From Bryobacteraceae bacterium (GTDB lineage Bacteria; Acidobacteriota; Terriglobia; Bryobacterales; Bryobacteraceae), in the NCBI GenBank assembly GCA_025056865.1, contig JANWVO010000038.1:175587-239586 (forward strand): a stretch of DNA of 64,000 bases, in the 5' to 3' direction. Shown in pieces: positions 1-8,426 of the stretch; within the stretch, counting starts at the first letter, position 1, and every line of letters starts with the position of its first letter. The notes beneath the pieces are model-generated. The model was not told the origin of the DNA. It saw nothing but the letters and a program-made list of their open reading frames with translations, and did no database searches. Position numbers and translations under genes: made by a program.

Positions 1-1045
1 CGTCGGGCGTCTGCACCTCGATCTCCACGATCTGGTCGCCGCGGGTGTTCTTTCGCGAATTGAAGACGCCTTTCTCCCGCAGGCGGAACTTCTGGCCGTT
101 CTGCGTGCCCTGGGGGATCTTGAGCAGCGCGCGCCCGTCCACCGTGGGCACTTCGATGCGGGCGCCCAGGCCCGCCTCCCAGACGGCCACCGGCACCTTG
201 ATGTAGATGTCGTCGCCTTCGCGGCGGAACAGCGGGTGGTCCTCCACGCGGACCGTGATGTAGAGGTCGCCGGCAGGGGCGCCCATCGTGCCCGCATTGC
301 CCTTGCCGGCGACGCGCAGGCGCGAGCCCGTGGAAGCGCCGGGCGGGATGCGGACCTCGACGGTCTCGTTCACGGGCACGCGGCCATCCCCGCCGCAGGC
401 CGCACAGGGGCGCGCCGCGCGGCCCGTGCCGCCGCAGCGCGGACAGGTGAGCGAGAAGCGCATGGCGCCCACCAGTTGCGTTACGTTGCCGCTGCCGTTG
501 CACTGCGGACAGACGCTGGCCGGGCCGCCGGATTCGCCCGTGCCGCGGCAGGGCTGGCATGTGTCGAGCCGCTGGATGTTCAGCCGCACCTGCGTGCCCT
601 TGATCGCCTGCCAGAAATCGATGCTCAGCGAGTACTCGAGATCCGTGCCCTTCTCCGGGGCGCGGCGGCGCGCCTCACGGCGGCTGCCGAAGAACTGGCT
701 GAACAGGTCGCTGAAGCTCGAGCCGAAGCCGCCCTGCCGGCCGAACGATTCGAAGTCGAAGCCGCCGAAGCCGAACCCCTGCGGCCCGGCGCCCGGCTGC
801 CCCGCGCCCGGGAAGCCGGACTCGGAATAGAAGCCGTAGGTGTCGTACATCTGGCGCTTCCGGGGATCGGAGAGCACATCATAGGCCTCCTGCACCACCT
901 TGAAGCGCTCCTCGGCCGCCTTGTCGCCCGGATTGAGATCCGGGTGGTACTTGCGGGCGAGGCGGCGGTAGGCCTTGCGGATTTCGTCCGCAGAGGCGTC
1001 CCGCCTCACGCCGAGGATCTCGTAGTAGTCCTTGCTGGTCGTCAT
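1..1045 (-). CDS. dnaJ: Molecular chaperone DnaJ (C-terminus cut by window edge)
   Basis: The minus-strand frame is open from the ATG at 1045-1043 to the window edge, so it is absent from the ORF track. My translation reads [13 protein letters not shown]...KYHPD (J domain), then a G/F-rich linker and four CxxCxGxG zinc-finger repeats ([32 protein letters not shown]). It lies directly downstream of dnaK. Confidence 0.9.
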   Translation of the reverse strand, partial: MTTSKDYYEILGVRRDASADEIRKAYRRLARKYHPDLNPGDKAAEERFKVVQEAYDVLSDPRKRQMYDTYGFYSESGFPGAGQPGAGPQGFGFGGFDFESFGRQGGFGSSFSDLFSQFFGSRREARRRAPEKGTDLEYSLSIDFWQAIKGTQVRLNIQRLDTCQPCRGTGESGGPASVCPQCNGSGNVTQLVGAMRFSLTCPRCGGTGRAARPCAACGGDGRVPVNETVEVRIPPGASTGSRLRVAGKGNAGTMGAPAGDLYITVRVEDHPLFRREGDDIYIKVPVAVWEAGLGARIEVPTVDGRALLKIPQGTQNGQKFRLREKGVFNSRKNTRGDQIVEIEVQTPD

Positions 1046-1102
1046 GCGCCGGCCCGCCCCGCCCCGGGGCTTGCGCGCCCCGGGGCCTGATCTGGTTCTG
1101 GA

Positions 1103-3016
1103 TTACTTCTTCTGATCGTCGACGTCGACAAACTCGGCGTCCACGACGTTGTCTTTCTTCGCGCTCTCGGTCCGGGCGCCGGAGGAGCCATCGCCGGACG
1201 AGGCCTGCTGCGCGCCGGCGGCGCGGTACATCGCCTCGGCGAGCTTGTGGCTGGCCTGCATCAGGCGGTCCTGCGCGGCGCGAATCCGGTCGAGACCGCC
1301 CTGCTCGATGGCCTTCTTCGCCTCCGAGACGGCGTCCTCGAGCGCGCGGGCGTCGGCATCCGAAATCTTGTCCCGATGCTCGCGCAGCATCTTCTCGGCG
1401 CTGTAGACCGCGTTGTCGAGCTGGTTCTTGGCCTCGACCTCCTGGCGGCGCCGCTCGTCCTCGGCGCGGTGCGCCTCGGCGTCGCGCGCCATCTTCTCGA
1501 CCTCTTCCTTCGAGAGGCCCGAAGAAGAGGTGATCGTGATCTTCTGCTCGTTGCCGGTGGCCCGGTCTTTCGCGGTCACGTGCAGGATGCCGTTGGCGTC
1601 GATGTCGAAGGTGACCTCGATCTGCGGCACGCCGCGCGGAGCCGGCGGGATGCCTACGAGCTGGAAGACGCCGAGCAGGCGGTTGTCGCGCGCCATCGCG
1701 CGCTCGCCCTGGTAGACCTTGATCTCGACGCTCGTCTGGTTGTCGCTCGCCGTGGAGAAGATCTCCGACTTGCGCGTCGGAATGGTCGTGTTGCGCTCGA
1801 TCAGCTTGGTGAAGACGCCGCCAAGCGTCTCGATGCCGAGCGACAGCGGCGTGACGTCGAGCAGGAGGACGTCCTTCACTTCGCCGCCGAGCACGCCGCC
1901 CTGCACCGCCGCGCCCACGGCCACCACCTCGTCCGGGTTGACCGTCTTGTTCGGCTCCTTCTTGAAGAACTCGCGCACGAGCTGCTGCACGCGCGGGATG
2001 CGGGTGGAGCCGCCCACGAGCACGACCTCGTCGATCTGCTCCGGCGTCAGCCCGGCGTCGGCAAGGGCCTGCCGGCAGGGCGGAATCGTGCGCTGGATGA
2101 TGTCCTCCACCATCTGCTCGAAGCGCGCGCGCGTCAGCGTCTTCACGAGGTGCTTCGGGCCGGTCTGCGGGTCGCCGTAGATGAACGGCAGGTTGATCTC
2201 GGTCTCCATGGCCGAGCTGAGCTCGATCTTGGCCTTTTCGGCCGCTTCGCGCAGCCGCTGGAGCGCCATGCGGTCCCGCGACAGGTCGACGCCCTCTTCT
2301 TTCCTGAACTCCTCAATCAGCCATTCCACCAGGCGCTGGTCGATGTTGTCGCCGCCGAGATGGGTGTCGCCGTTGGTGGACTTGACCTCGACGACGCCGT
2401 CGCCGACCTCAAGAATCGAAATGTCGAAGGTGCCGCCGCCGAAGTCGTAGACGGCGATGCGCTCCTCCTTCTTCTTGTCAAGGCCGTAGGCGAGCGCCGC
2501 GGCCGTCGGCTCGTTGATGATGCGCAGGACTTCGAGACCGGCAATCTGGCCTGCGTCCTTGGTGGCCTGCCGCTGGGCGTCATTAAAGTAGGCGGGCACC
2601 GTAATGACTGCCTTGGTGACCTTCTCGCCCAGATACGCCTCGGCGGCCTCCTTCAGCTTGGTGAGGATCATCGCCGAGATCTCCGGCGGGGCATACTTCT
2701 TCCCCATCACCTCGACGCGCGCGTCGCCGTTGTCGCCCCGCACCACCTTGTACGGGACAAGCCGGATCTCTTCGGTCACCTCGTCGTAGCGGCGCCCCAT
2801 GAAGCGCTTGATCGAATAAATGGTGTTCTCAGGATTGGTGACAGCCTGGCGCTTCGCCACCTGTCCAACCAGCCGGTCCCCGCTCTTGGTGAACGCGACG
2901 ACCGAAGGCGTCGTGCGCGAACCCTCCTGGTTCGGGATGACGACGGGCTGCCCCCCCTCCATGACCGCTACCACGGAGTTCGTGGTTCCCAGGTCAATGC
3001 CAATAATCTTGCTCAT
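1103..3016 (-). CDS. dnaK: Molecular chaperone DnaK (Hsp70)
   Basis: 637-aa ORF with unmistakable Hsp70 sequence: [26 protein letters not shown], and a full substrate-binding domain and lid. Confidence 0.98.
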   Translation of the reverse strand: MSKIIGIDLGTTNSVVAVMEGGQPVVIPNQEGSRTTPSVVAFTKSGDRLVGQVAKRQAVTNPENTIYSIKRFMGRRYDEVTEEIRLVPYKVVRGDNGDARVEVMGKKYAPPEISAMILTKLKEAAEAYLGEKVTKAVITVPAYFNDAQRQATKDAGQIAGLEVLRIINEPTAAALAYGLDKKKEERIAVYDFGGGTFDISILEVGDGVVEVKSTNGDTHLGGDNIDQRLVEWLIEEFRKEEGVDLSRDRMALQRLREAAEKAKIELSSAMETEINLPFIYGDPQTGPKHLVKTLTRARFEQMVEDIIQRTIPPCRQALADAGLTPEQIDEVVLVGGSTRIPRVQQLVREFFKKEPNKTVNPDEVVAVGAAVQGGVLGGEVKDVLLLDVTPLSLGIETLGGVFTKLIERNTTIPTRKSEIFSTASDNQTSVEIKVYQGERAMARDNRLLGVFQLVGIPPAPRGVPQIEVTFDIDANGILHVTAKDRATGNEQKITITSSSGLSKEEVEKMARDAEAHRAEDERRRQEVEAKNQLDNAVYSAEKMLREHRDKISDADARALEDAVSEAKKAIEQGGLDRIRAAQDRLMQASHKLAEAMYRAAGAQQASSGDGSSGARTESAKKDNVVDAEFVDVDDQKK

Positions 3017-3084
3017 GACTCTTCCCTTTGCTTCGCTCCGGAATTCTTTTGCAGGCGCCTGGCTGTCTCCGTGCGCCTGTCTGT

Positions 3085-3113
3085 ATTATCAAACTTTAGC
3101 GTATCATTGTCAA
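3085..3113 (-). promoter_or_regulatory. Near-consensus sigma-70 promoter for dnaK (TTGACA-N17-GATAAT)
   Basis: On the minus strand, TTGACA is the complement of 3108-3113. A 17-nt spacer follows, then GATAAT (complement of 3085-3090), about 70 nt upstream of the dnaK ATG. Confidence 0.5.
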
Positions 3114-3164
3114 GTTCCCTCGCCCTGCATTCTGCATAGCCACCCTTGCCTCGCCTTCCCGTTC

Positions 3165-4025
3165 ATGCCATCATCTCTGAACTGGATGGACTGGAAGCCA
3201 TTGCTGATCATTCTGGCCACCTGGGTGATGCTTTCCTGGCTGGCTCACCGTTCCGTTTTCCTCCCCATGAAGTACCCTGCTGGCGAATGGCAGGAAGCCC
3301 ATGCCCTGGGCGTGGAGGAGGTCAAGTTGCCGAGCGGCGGCTTCCGAATCCACGGCTGGTGGAAGCCGATCCCCGGAGCGCAGGCAGCCGTCCTGTTCCT
3401 CCACGGCAATGCAGGCAATGTGAGCCACCGGGGAAGGCACATCCGCGCCTGGCAGCAGGCAGGCGCCTCGATCCTTGTGCCCGATTGGCGCGGCTACGGG
3501 AAAAGCGAAGGAAGCCCCAGTGAATCAGGACTTTACGAAGATGCGCTGGCGGGCTATGAGTTCCTTCGCCGCCGCGGCTTCCCGCCGGAGCGGATCCTGG
3601 TTCATGGCGAGTCGCTGGGGACCGTGGCGGCAGCCGATGTGGCGGCACGGCAGCCGGTGGCGGGGCTGATCCTGGAAGCGCCCTTCCCCTCGGCGCGCGC
3701 CGTGGCGCAGACGCTGTTGCCGCTGCTGGGTCCAATGCTGATCTGGGGCTATGACCTGCGCAGCCGGCTGCGGCAGGTGCGGGCGCCGGTGCTGGTGATT
3801 CATGGCGACCGGGACGAGGTGATTCCCTTCCGGCTCGGGCGGGCGGTCTTTGAGGCCGCCAACGAGCCGAAGGAGTTCTGGATTGTGCCGGGCGCGGGGC
3901 ACAATGACCTGCCGGAGACAGCGGGCTGGGACTACCCGCAGCGGCTGAGACGATTTCTGCAAACGGCGCTTGAGTCCCGGGCGGTTCGATCCGCCGCAGC
4001 TCCCGGCGGATCCGGTGCGCCCTGA
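3165..4025 (+). CDS. Alpha/beta-fold hydrolase (BAAT/DLH-like serine hydrolase) with N-terminal membrane anchor
   Basis: Lower part of ORF 2820..4025. The upstream part overlaps dnaK antisense, so I take the ATG at 3165 (MPSSLNWMDWKPLLIILATWV, a hydrophobic anchor). Motifs: HGNAG, the GESLG nucleophile elbow, HGDRDEVIP, GAGHND. Confidence 0.8.
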   Translation: MPSSLNWMDWKPLLIILATWVMLSWLAHRSVFLPMKYPAGEWQEAHALGVEEVKLPSGGFRIHGWWKPIPGAQAAVLFLHGNAGNVSHRGRHIRAWQQAGASILVPDWRGYGKSEGSPSESGLYEDALAGYEFLRRRGFPPERILVHGESLGTVAAADVAARQPVAGLILEAPFPSARAVAQTLLPLLGPMLIWGYDLRSRLRQVRAPVLVIHGDRDEVIPFRLGRAVFEAANEPKEFWIVPGAGHNDLPETAGWDYPQRLRRFLQTALESRAVRSAAAPGGSGAP

Positions 4026-4302
4026 ACCTCCCGCCCGGCCGGCGCTGACGGCTGGCTGCGTCCGCGCGGGCGCGCCAAGGCTCTTTCCCGGCGGATGGGG
4101 GCGATTCAGTTCCGCATCCGCCACAGGGAGGTTGCGATTCAGGATGACCCGCCCCACCGGCTCCCGCCTCTGGATCCGCCTGCGCGTCCCTCGTCCGGCC
4201 CCCCGCGTCCGGCAGCTCCCGTGCTTTCTTGCCATGCGCGGCTCTGGCCGGCACGGAGAGCGGAAAGCCAGCCCGAGGCGCTGTCTTGAAACTGCCGCAG
4301 CC

Positions 4303-4788
4303 TCAGTCTGCGCTCTTGCGGAAAACGGCGATGGCCTCGATTTCCACCAGCAGCTCCGGGCGGCACAGGATGGCCTGGATGCCGGTGGAGGCAGGCAGCG
4401 GGTCGAGACCCTGCTCCTGGTAGAAGCGGGTGCGCTCTTCGTTGAACGCCTCGTAGTCGCGCTCGATGTCGCGCAGGTAGCAGGTGGTGCGGACGACGTC
4501 TTTCCAGGTGGCGCCTTCGCTGGCCAGCAGCCCGGTGATGTTGTGGAACGTCCGGCGCACCTGGGCGCGGAAGTCGCCGATGTGCACGCTGCGGCCGTGC
4601 TCGTCGATGGAGGCCGTGCCGCTGATCAGCAGCACGACGATGTTGCCGAACTCCAGCCGGATGCCGCGGGAGAAGGAGCTGGGCTTTGCGTACTGGTAGG
4701 CCTCGTTGAGGACCTGCGGATTCGAGATGGCCTTTTTCTCGATGGAAACGGCCTTCGCGGCTTCGGCCAGAGCTTCTTCGAGCCTCAT
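4303..4788 (-). CDS. YjgF/RidA-fold (Rid superfamily) protein
   Basis: Internal ATG at 4788, preceded by GGAGG (MRLEEALAEA...). Its start overlaps the upstream stop as ATGA. The ISGTASI motif and the C-terminal YLRD...F and VEIEAIAV segments are typical of the YjgF/L-PSP fold. Subfamily (RidA versus FkbO/Hyg5-like) is not resolved. Confidence 0.8.
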   Translation of the reverse strand: MRLEEALAEAAKAVSIEKKAISNPQVLNEAYQYAKPSSFSRGIRLEFGNIVVLLISGTASIDEHGRSVHIGDFRAQVRRTFHNITGLLASEGATWKDVVRTTCYLRDIERDYEAFNEERTRFYQEQGLDPLPASTGIQAILCRPELLVEIEAIAVFRKSAD

Positions 4789-5798
4789 GATGGAGAAACC
4801 TCCTGCAAAAAGACGGATGAAATGGAACGCCTGCCGGTGGAACCGAAGCGGCTGGCGAGCCGCTCCCGCACGGCAGGCCGGTTCGGCCCGGCTGCCTGAA
4901 TGCATTCTAACAACAGGGCCGTAGACTCATAGGCGAGCTGGAAGAATACGTCGCCTGAAACCTGGAAACGGGCCTCGCCGTCGCGAAGCAGCGCCGCGTC
5001 GGGCGTGGCGAGCGCGGGGGCAAGGACCGGCCTGCGAAGCTGTCCGCGGCAGGCCCGCGACCACGCCGACGGGCCGCAGAAGACCTCGGCGTCCCCGGGA
5101 AGCTCCGCCACGGCGCGACAGAGCGGCGCCGGCGGGGCGAGAACGACGACCACCGGGTGAGAGGGCGCAGGCGGGCGGTTCGGCGGCTGGAAGTCGTGCC
5201 GCTCCGCGGGCTGGAGGGTGCGGCTGAGCACGCGCGCCAACTGGCGCGAGCCGTGGTCGGTGGCGGCCAGCAGCGAGTAGGGCCTGCGGCCGATGGCGCC
5301 GGCGATGGCGCGCGCCAGCAGCGAATCGCCCGGAGCCCAGGAGAAGATCCACGGCACGAAAGCGGCGTTGGCCGTTTCGTCCGTGGAGACGGGATCCACC
5401 ATCGGAAACAGCGCCTTGGCGGCCACCTGTTCTGCCAGGTGCGTGGTGGCGCTGTCGATGCCGCCGACCAGGGCGACAATGCGGTCTTCGAAGGCGAGCT
5501 TCGCCACGGCGGAGGCCCCGGCCCGCCACGGATCGTCCGACCAGCGGGAGAAGAGCCGGAACGGCCTGTCCTCCCCGGACAGGCGGGCGTTGGCGTGCTC
5601 GATGGCCAGAGCGACGCCCATGTAGACCGTGCCACCGGCCGGATGGCGGGGATCGTCCGGACCGAAAAAGCCCAACGGCACGTAATCCAGCTCCCCGGCG
5701 CCGGTCTGCGGCAGCTCGCCGGGCTGTGCGGGCGCACGCCGCCGGTCGATGTACGGCGCCGCCGCCTGCACAGCCAGGAAATGCCGCCGCGTGATCAT
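4785..5798 (-). CDS. Type-1 periplasmic binding protein (LivK/Peripla_BP_6-like), second copy, divergent
   Basis: 337-aa ORF. N-terminus MITRRHFLAV has a twin-arginine-like motif. The core (GVALAIEHANARL...IVALVGGIDSATT...AKALFPMVDPVSTDE) resembles the N-lobe of Leu/Ile/Val-type binding proteins. Confidence 0.65.
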   Translation of the reverse strand: MITRRHFLAVQAAAPYIDRRRAPAQPGELPQTGAGELDYVPLGFFGPDDPRHPAGGTVYMGVALAIEHANARLSGEDRPFRLFSRWSDDPWRAGASAVAKLAFEDRIVALVGGIDSATTHLAEQVAAKALFPMVDPVSTDETANAAFVPWIFSWAPGDSLLARAIAGAIGRRPYSLLAATDHGSRQLARVLSRTLQPAERHDFQPPNRPPAPSHPVVVVLAPPAPLCRAVAELPGDAEVFCGPSAWSRACRGQLRRPVLAPALATPDAALLRDGEARFQVSGDVFFQLAYESTALLLECIQAAGPNRPAVRERLASRFGSTGRRSISSVFLQEVSPS

Positions 5799-5799
5799 C

Positions 5800-7275
5800 T
5801 CACTTCGTTTCGGCAGGGTTCAGCAGGCCGCGGGCGGTGCGCTCGCGCGGCGGGACGTAGCCGCGCGGAATGCCAAGGTCTTCGCGCGAGTAGTAGCGCC
5901 AGCGGCCGCCTTCGAACTTCGCCAGATACACCTCTCCGGCGTCGTCGAGCACGGCGGAGAAGGGGATGTCGCCCGTCACGCCGGGCCACGGTTTGGAGCG
6001 CGTGGCCAGGATGTCGCGGATCTTGGCGCGGTTGAGTCCAGCCACCTGGATGGCCCAGATCAGCATGTTCATGCCGTCGTAGGCGTGGGCGGCGTAGGTA
6101 TCCGGCTCGTCGTTGAAGCGCTTGCGGAAGCGCTCGCGGAACTCGGCCAGCCGCGGGTTGCTGGAATCCGGGTTCCAGGGAAAGCCGGCGATGACGCCCT
6201 CGGCGTGCGGCCCGGCGATCTGGAGGAACTCCTTCGACACGGCCCGGTCCGAGGTGAGAAACGGCTGGTTCAAGCCGCGCTCGCGGAGCTGTTTCAGGAT
6301 GATGGCCGCTTCGCGCGCGTCGCCCCAATGCACGATCACGTCGGGCTTGACCTCGGCGATGCGGTCGATCTGGAGCGAGTAGTCGTCCTGGCCGAGCTTG
6401 TAGGCCATCTCGATGACGACCGGGCGGCCAAGACGGCGGGCCGAGTCGCGGATCTCGCGCACGCCGAAGCGGCCATAGCGGTTGGAGGCGCGGATGATAG
6501 CGATGCGCCTGTAGTCCATCTTGCGGATCATGTAGTCGACCATGAGATAGCCCATCTGGCGGTCGTCGCCGATGCAGCGCATCGTCCAGGGGATGTTGGT
6601 CTCGATGTAGGTGGGGTCGGTGTCGCCCGTGTTCATCACCACGACCTCGGCCTTCAGGGCGACGCGGATGGCGATGTGGGAGTTGGCGCCGTCGATGGTG
6701 CCGAGGATGGCCCAGACCTTGTCCTTGTAGGCGAAGTTGACGATCTCGTTGCCGCTCGAGCCCCAGAGGCCGTTGTCGTTGGTGACCACCAGCTCGAAGG
6801 GGATCCTGCGCCGCAGGTAGCCGCCTTTGGCGTTGGCCTCCTCAATGGCGAGACGCGCGCCCTGGAGCATCTTGATGCCCATCGGCTCCTCGTGGCTGGC
6901 GCCGCCGGTGGCGATGGAGACGGTGCTCATGATGGGGCCGATGAAGCCGATCTTGACGGTCTTGACGTCCTCGGGCTCGGGGATGGCGCGCCCCGGCCCG
7001 TTGTACTGCATCTGCTCGAGGAAGTGCTCCTTGTAAGGCTTGATCTTGCCGTAGGGTTCGTAGTCGATGGGTGTTTTCGCGTAGGACGTCTCGCGCCGCA
7101 GCCGTAGGTCGGGCACCTCGTACGGCCCGACCGAGTTGATCCGGCGGAGCACCTCGAGCGTGTCCTCGTCGACTTCGACGCCGGGAGGCACCAGCGGCTC
7201 GTTGGCAGGCGGCTTCCTGGGCGCGTCGGAGGCGAACAGCACGGTGGCGGCAAGCAGAGGAAGAAGGCGTCTCAT
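5800..7275 (-). CDS. ABC-type substrate-binding protein, LivK/branched-chain amino acid (Peripla_BP_6) family, orphan
   Basis: 491-aa ORF with a signal peptide (MRRLLPLLAATVLFA). KIGFIGPI...GARLAIEEANAKGG...WAILGTIDGANSH...DTYAAHAYDGMNMLIWAI are typical of type-1 PBPs of the amino-acid/amide family. Confidence 0.85.
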   Translation of the reverse strand: MRRLLPLLAATVLFASDAPRKPPANEPLVPPGVEVDEDTLEVLRRINSVGPYEVPDLRLRRETSYAKTPIDYEPYGKIKPYKEHFLEQMQYNGPGRAIPEPEDVKTVKIGFIGPIMSTVSIATGGASHEEPMGIKMLQGARLAIEEANAKGGYLRRRIPFELVVTNDNGLWGSSGNEIVNFAYKDKVWAILGTIDGANSHIAIRVALKAEVVVMNTGDTDPTYIETNIPWTMRCIGDDRQMGYLMVDYMIRKMDYRRIAIIRASNRYGRFGVREIRDSARRLGRPVVIEMAYKLGQDDYSLQIDRIAEVKPDVIVHWGDAREAAIILKQLRERGLNQPFLTSDRAVSKEFLQIAGPHAEGVIAGFPWNPDSSNPRLAEFRERFRKRFNDEPDTYAAHAYDGMNMLIWAIQVAGLNRAKIRDILATRSKPWPGVTGDIPFSAVLDDAGEVYLAKFEGGRWRYYSREDLGIPRGYVPPRERTARGLLNPAETK

Positions 7276-8426
7276 TTGTCTTCCCTCCGGTTTTCGGCCA
7301 GCATGCGCGGGCGCTCGCGCAGGCCGGAGTAATAGCCTTCGCCGATGCCCCAGGCAAGGCCCTTGGCGGTGGCGACGAAGACGTCGCGGTCGTCGACGTC
7401 GATGGCGATGATGAAGTTGTGGGGCAGATTCAGCCCCATCTCGACCGTTTCGAGCACGGTCTTGTCGCGCGTGACGACGGCCTTGCCGGTGTCCGACTTC
7501 GGATCGCGCGTATAGGCGACCCAGGTGTTGGTCTCGGCGTCCATGATGGCGCCCAGCCCCTTGTCGGAGGCGAACCAGGCTTCGCGGCCGCTGCGGGCGC
7601 GGAGGTTGTTGTTGAAGTCCGAGGGCAGGCCGGAGTCCATGTTGTAAAAGCCGCGCCAGTTGCGGCCGTCATAGCGGGCCGCGCCGAAGTAGGAGGACAC
7701 CCAGATGACGCCGTCGACGTAGTTGGCGCCGGTGGTGATGACGTGGATGATGCCGTCGTCGCGGTACAGGTCGATCTCCATCTCGCCGTCGGGGTCGAGA
7801 TAGTCTTTCCAGCGGTTGGTCTTCACGTCGTACTCGAGCACGCCGGAGCCCCAGACGGCCAGGTGGACCTTGCCGTCGCGGTAGTGCACGCCGTAGTTCC
7901 AGATCTCTTCCATCGGCGCGTTCTTCTCGGTGAAGATGGTCCACTCGCCGGTGACGGTGTTGAAGCGGGAGGCGCCGGCGGTGGTGGCGGCCCAGACATT
8001 GTCATTTTCGACGGCGACGCCGTAGACGACGTCGTTGACGAGGCCCGAGTTGAGCTGGTGCCAGTGGTCGAAGCGGCCGCCGCTGAGGCGGGCGAGCCCG
8101 CCGCCGAACAGGCCCAGCCAGACGTCGCCCGTCTTCGGGTCGACGTCGATGGCGGTGACCACGCGCCAGGGCAGCCCGTCCTTCTCCGTCCAGACCTTCA
8201 CTACCCTGGCGGTCTTCTTGTCGATGAGCGCGAGGCCGTTTTCGGTGCCCACCCAGATGCGGTCGCCGTCGCTCTTGACGGCGAAGATGTGGTCGTCGGG
8301 CAGGCCGTCCTTGACCGTGAACTGCTTCCACTTCGTGTAGACATAGGGCAGCTTCTCGGCGCCCGGCTCGGCAGCCAGGGCGCATGCGAGGGCAAGCAGG
8401 AGCAGGCAAGAGGCAGCGTGTCTCAT
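7272..8426 (-). CDS. Secreted stand-alone beta-propeller protein (two-component-regulator-propeller/Reg_prop-like repeats)
   Basis: 384-aa ORF with a signal peptide (MRHAASCLLLLALACALA). It has repeated GLPxD/N..V..I..D..G.iWvGT-type blades (DGLPDDHIFAVKSDGDRIWVGTENGL, DGLPWRVVTAIDVD...VWLG, SGLVNDVVYGVAVENDNVWAAT). ATGA overlaps at both ends. Confidence 0.7.
   Translation of the reverse strand: MRHAASCLLLLALACALAAEPGAEKLPYVYTKWKQFTVKDGLPDDHIFAVKSDGDRIWVGTENGLALIDKKTARVVKVWTEKDGLPWRVVTAIDVDPKTGDVWLGLFGGGLARLSGGRFDHWHQLNSGLVNDVVYGVAVENDNVWAATTAGASRFNTVTGEWTIFTEKNAPMEEIWNYGVHYRDGKVHLAVWGSGVLEYDVKTNRWKDYLDPDGEMEIDLYRDDGIIHVITTGANYVDGVIWVSSYFGAARYDGRNWRGFYNMDSGLPSDFNNNLRARSGREAWFASDKGLGAIMDAETNTWVAYTRDPKSDTGKAVVTRDKTVLETVEMGLNLPHNFIIAIDVDDRDVFVATAKGLAWGIGEGYYSGLRERPRMLAENRREDK

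Noticed and set aside
2820-3164. N-terminal extension of the alpha/beta hydrolase ORF
   Set aside because: It overlaps the dnaK 5' end and the dnaK promoter on the opposite strand. A membrane-anchor-like N-terminus begins at the ATG at 3165.
4026-4302. 277-nt gap with several small ORFs (e.g. 4095..4289, 4139..4366) between the hydrolase and the Rid-fold gene
   Set aside because: The ORFs are low-complexity and overlap each other on both strands. No tRNA-like T-loop, terminator with a T-run or riboswitch-like conserved core is recognisable by eye.
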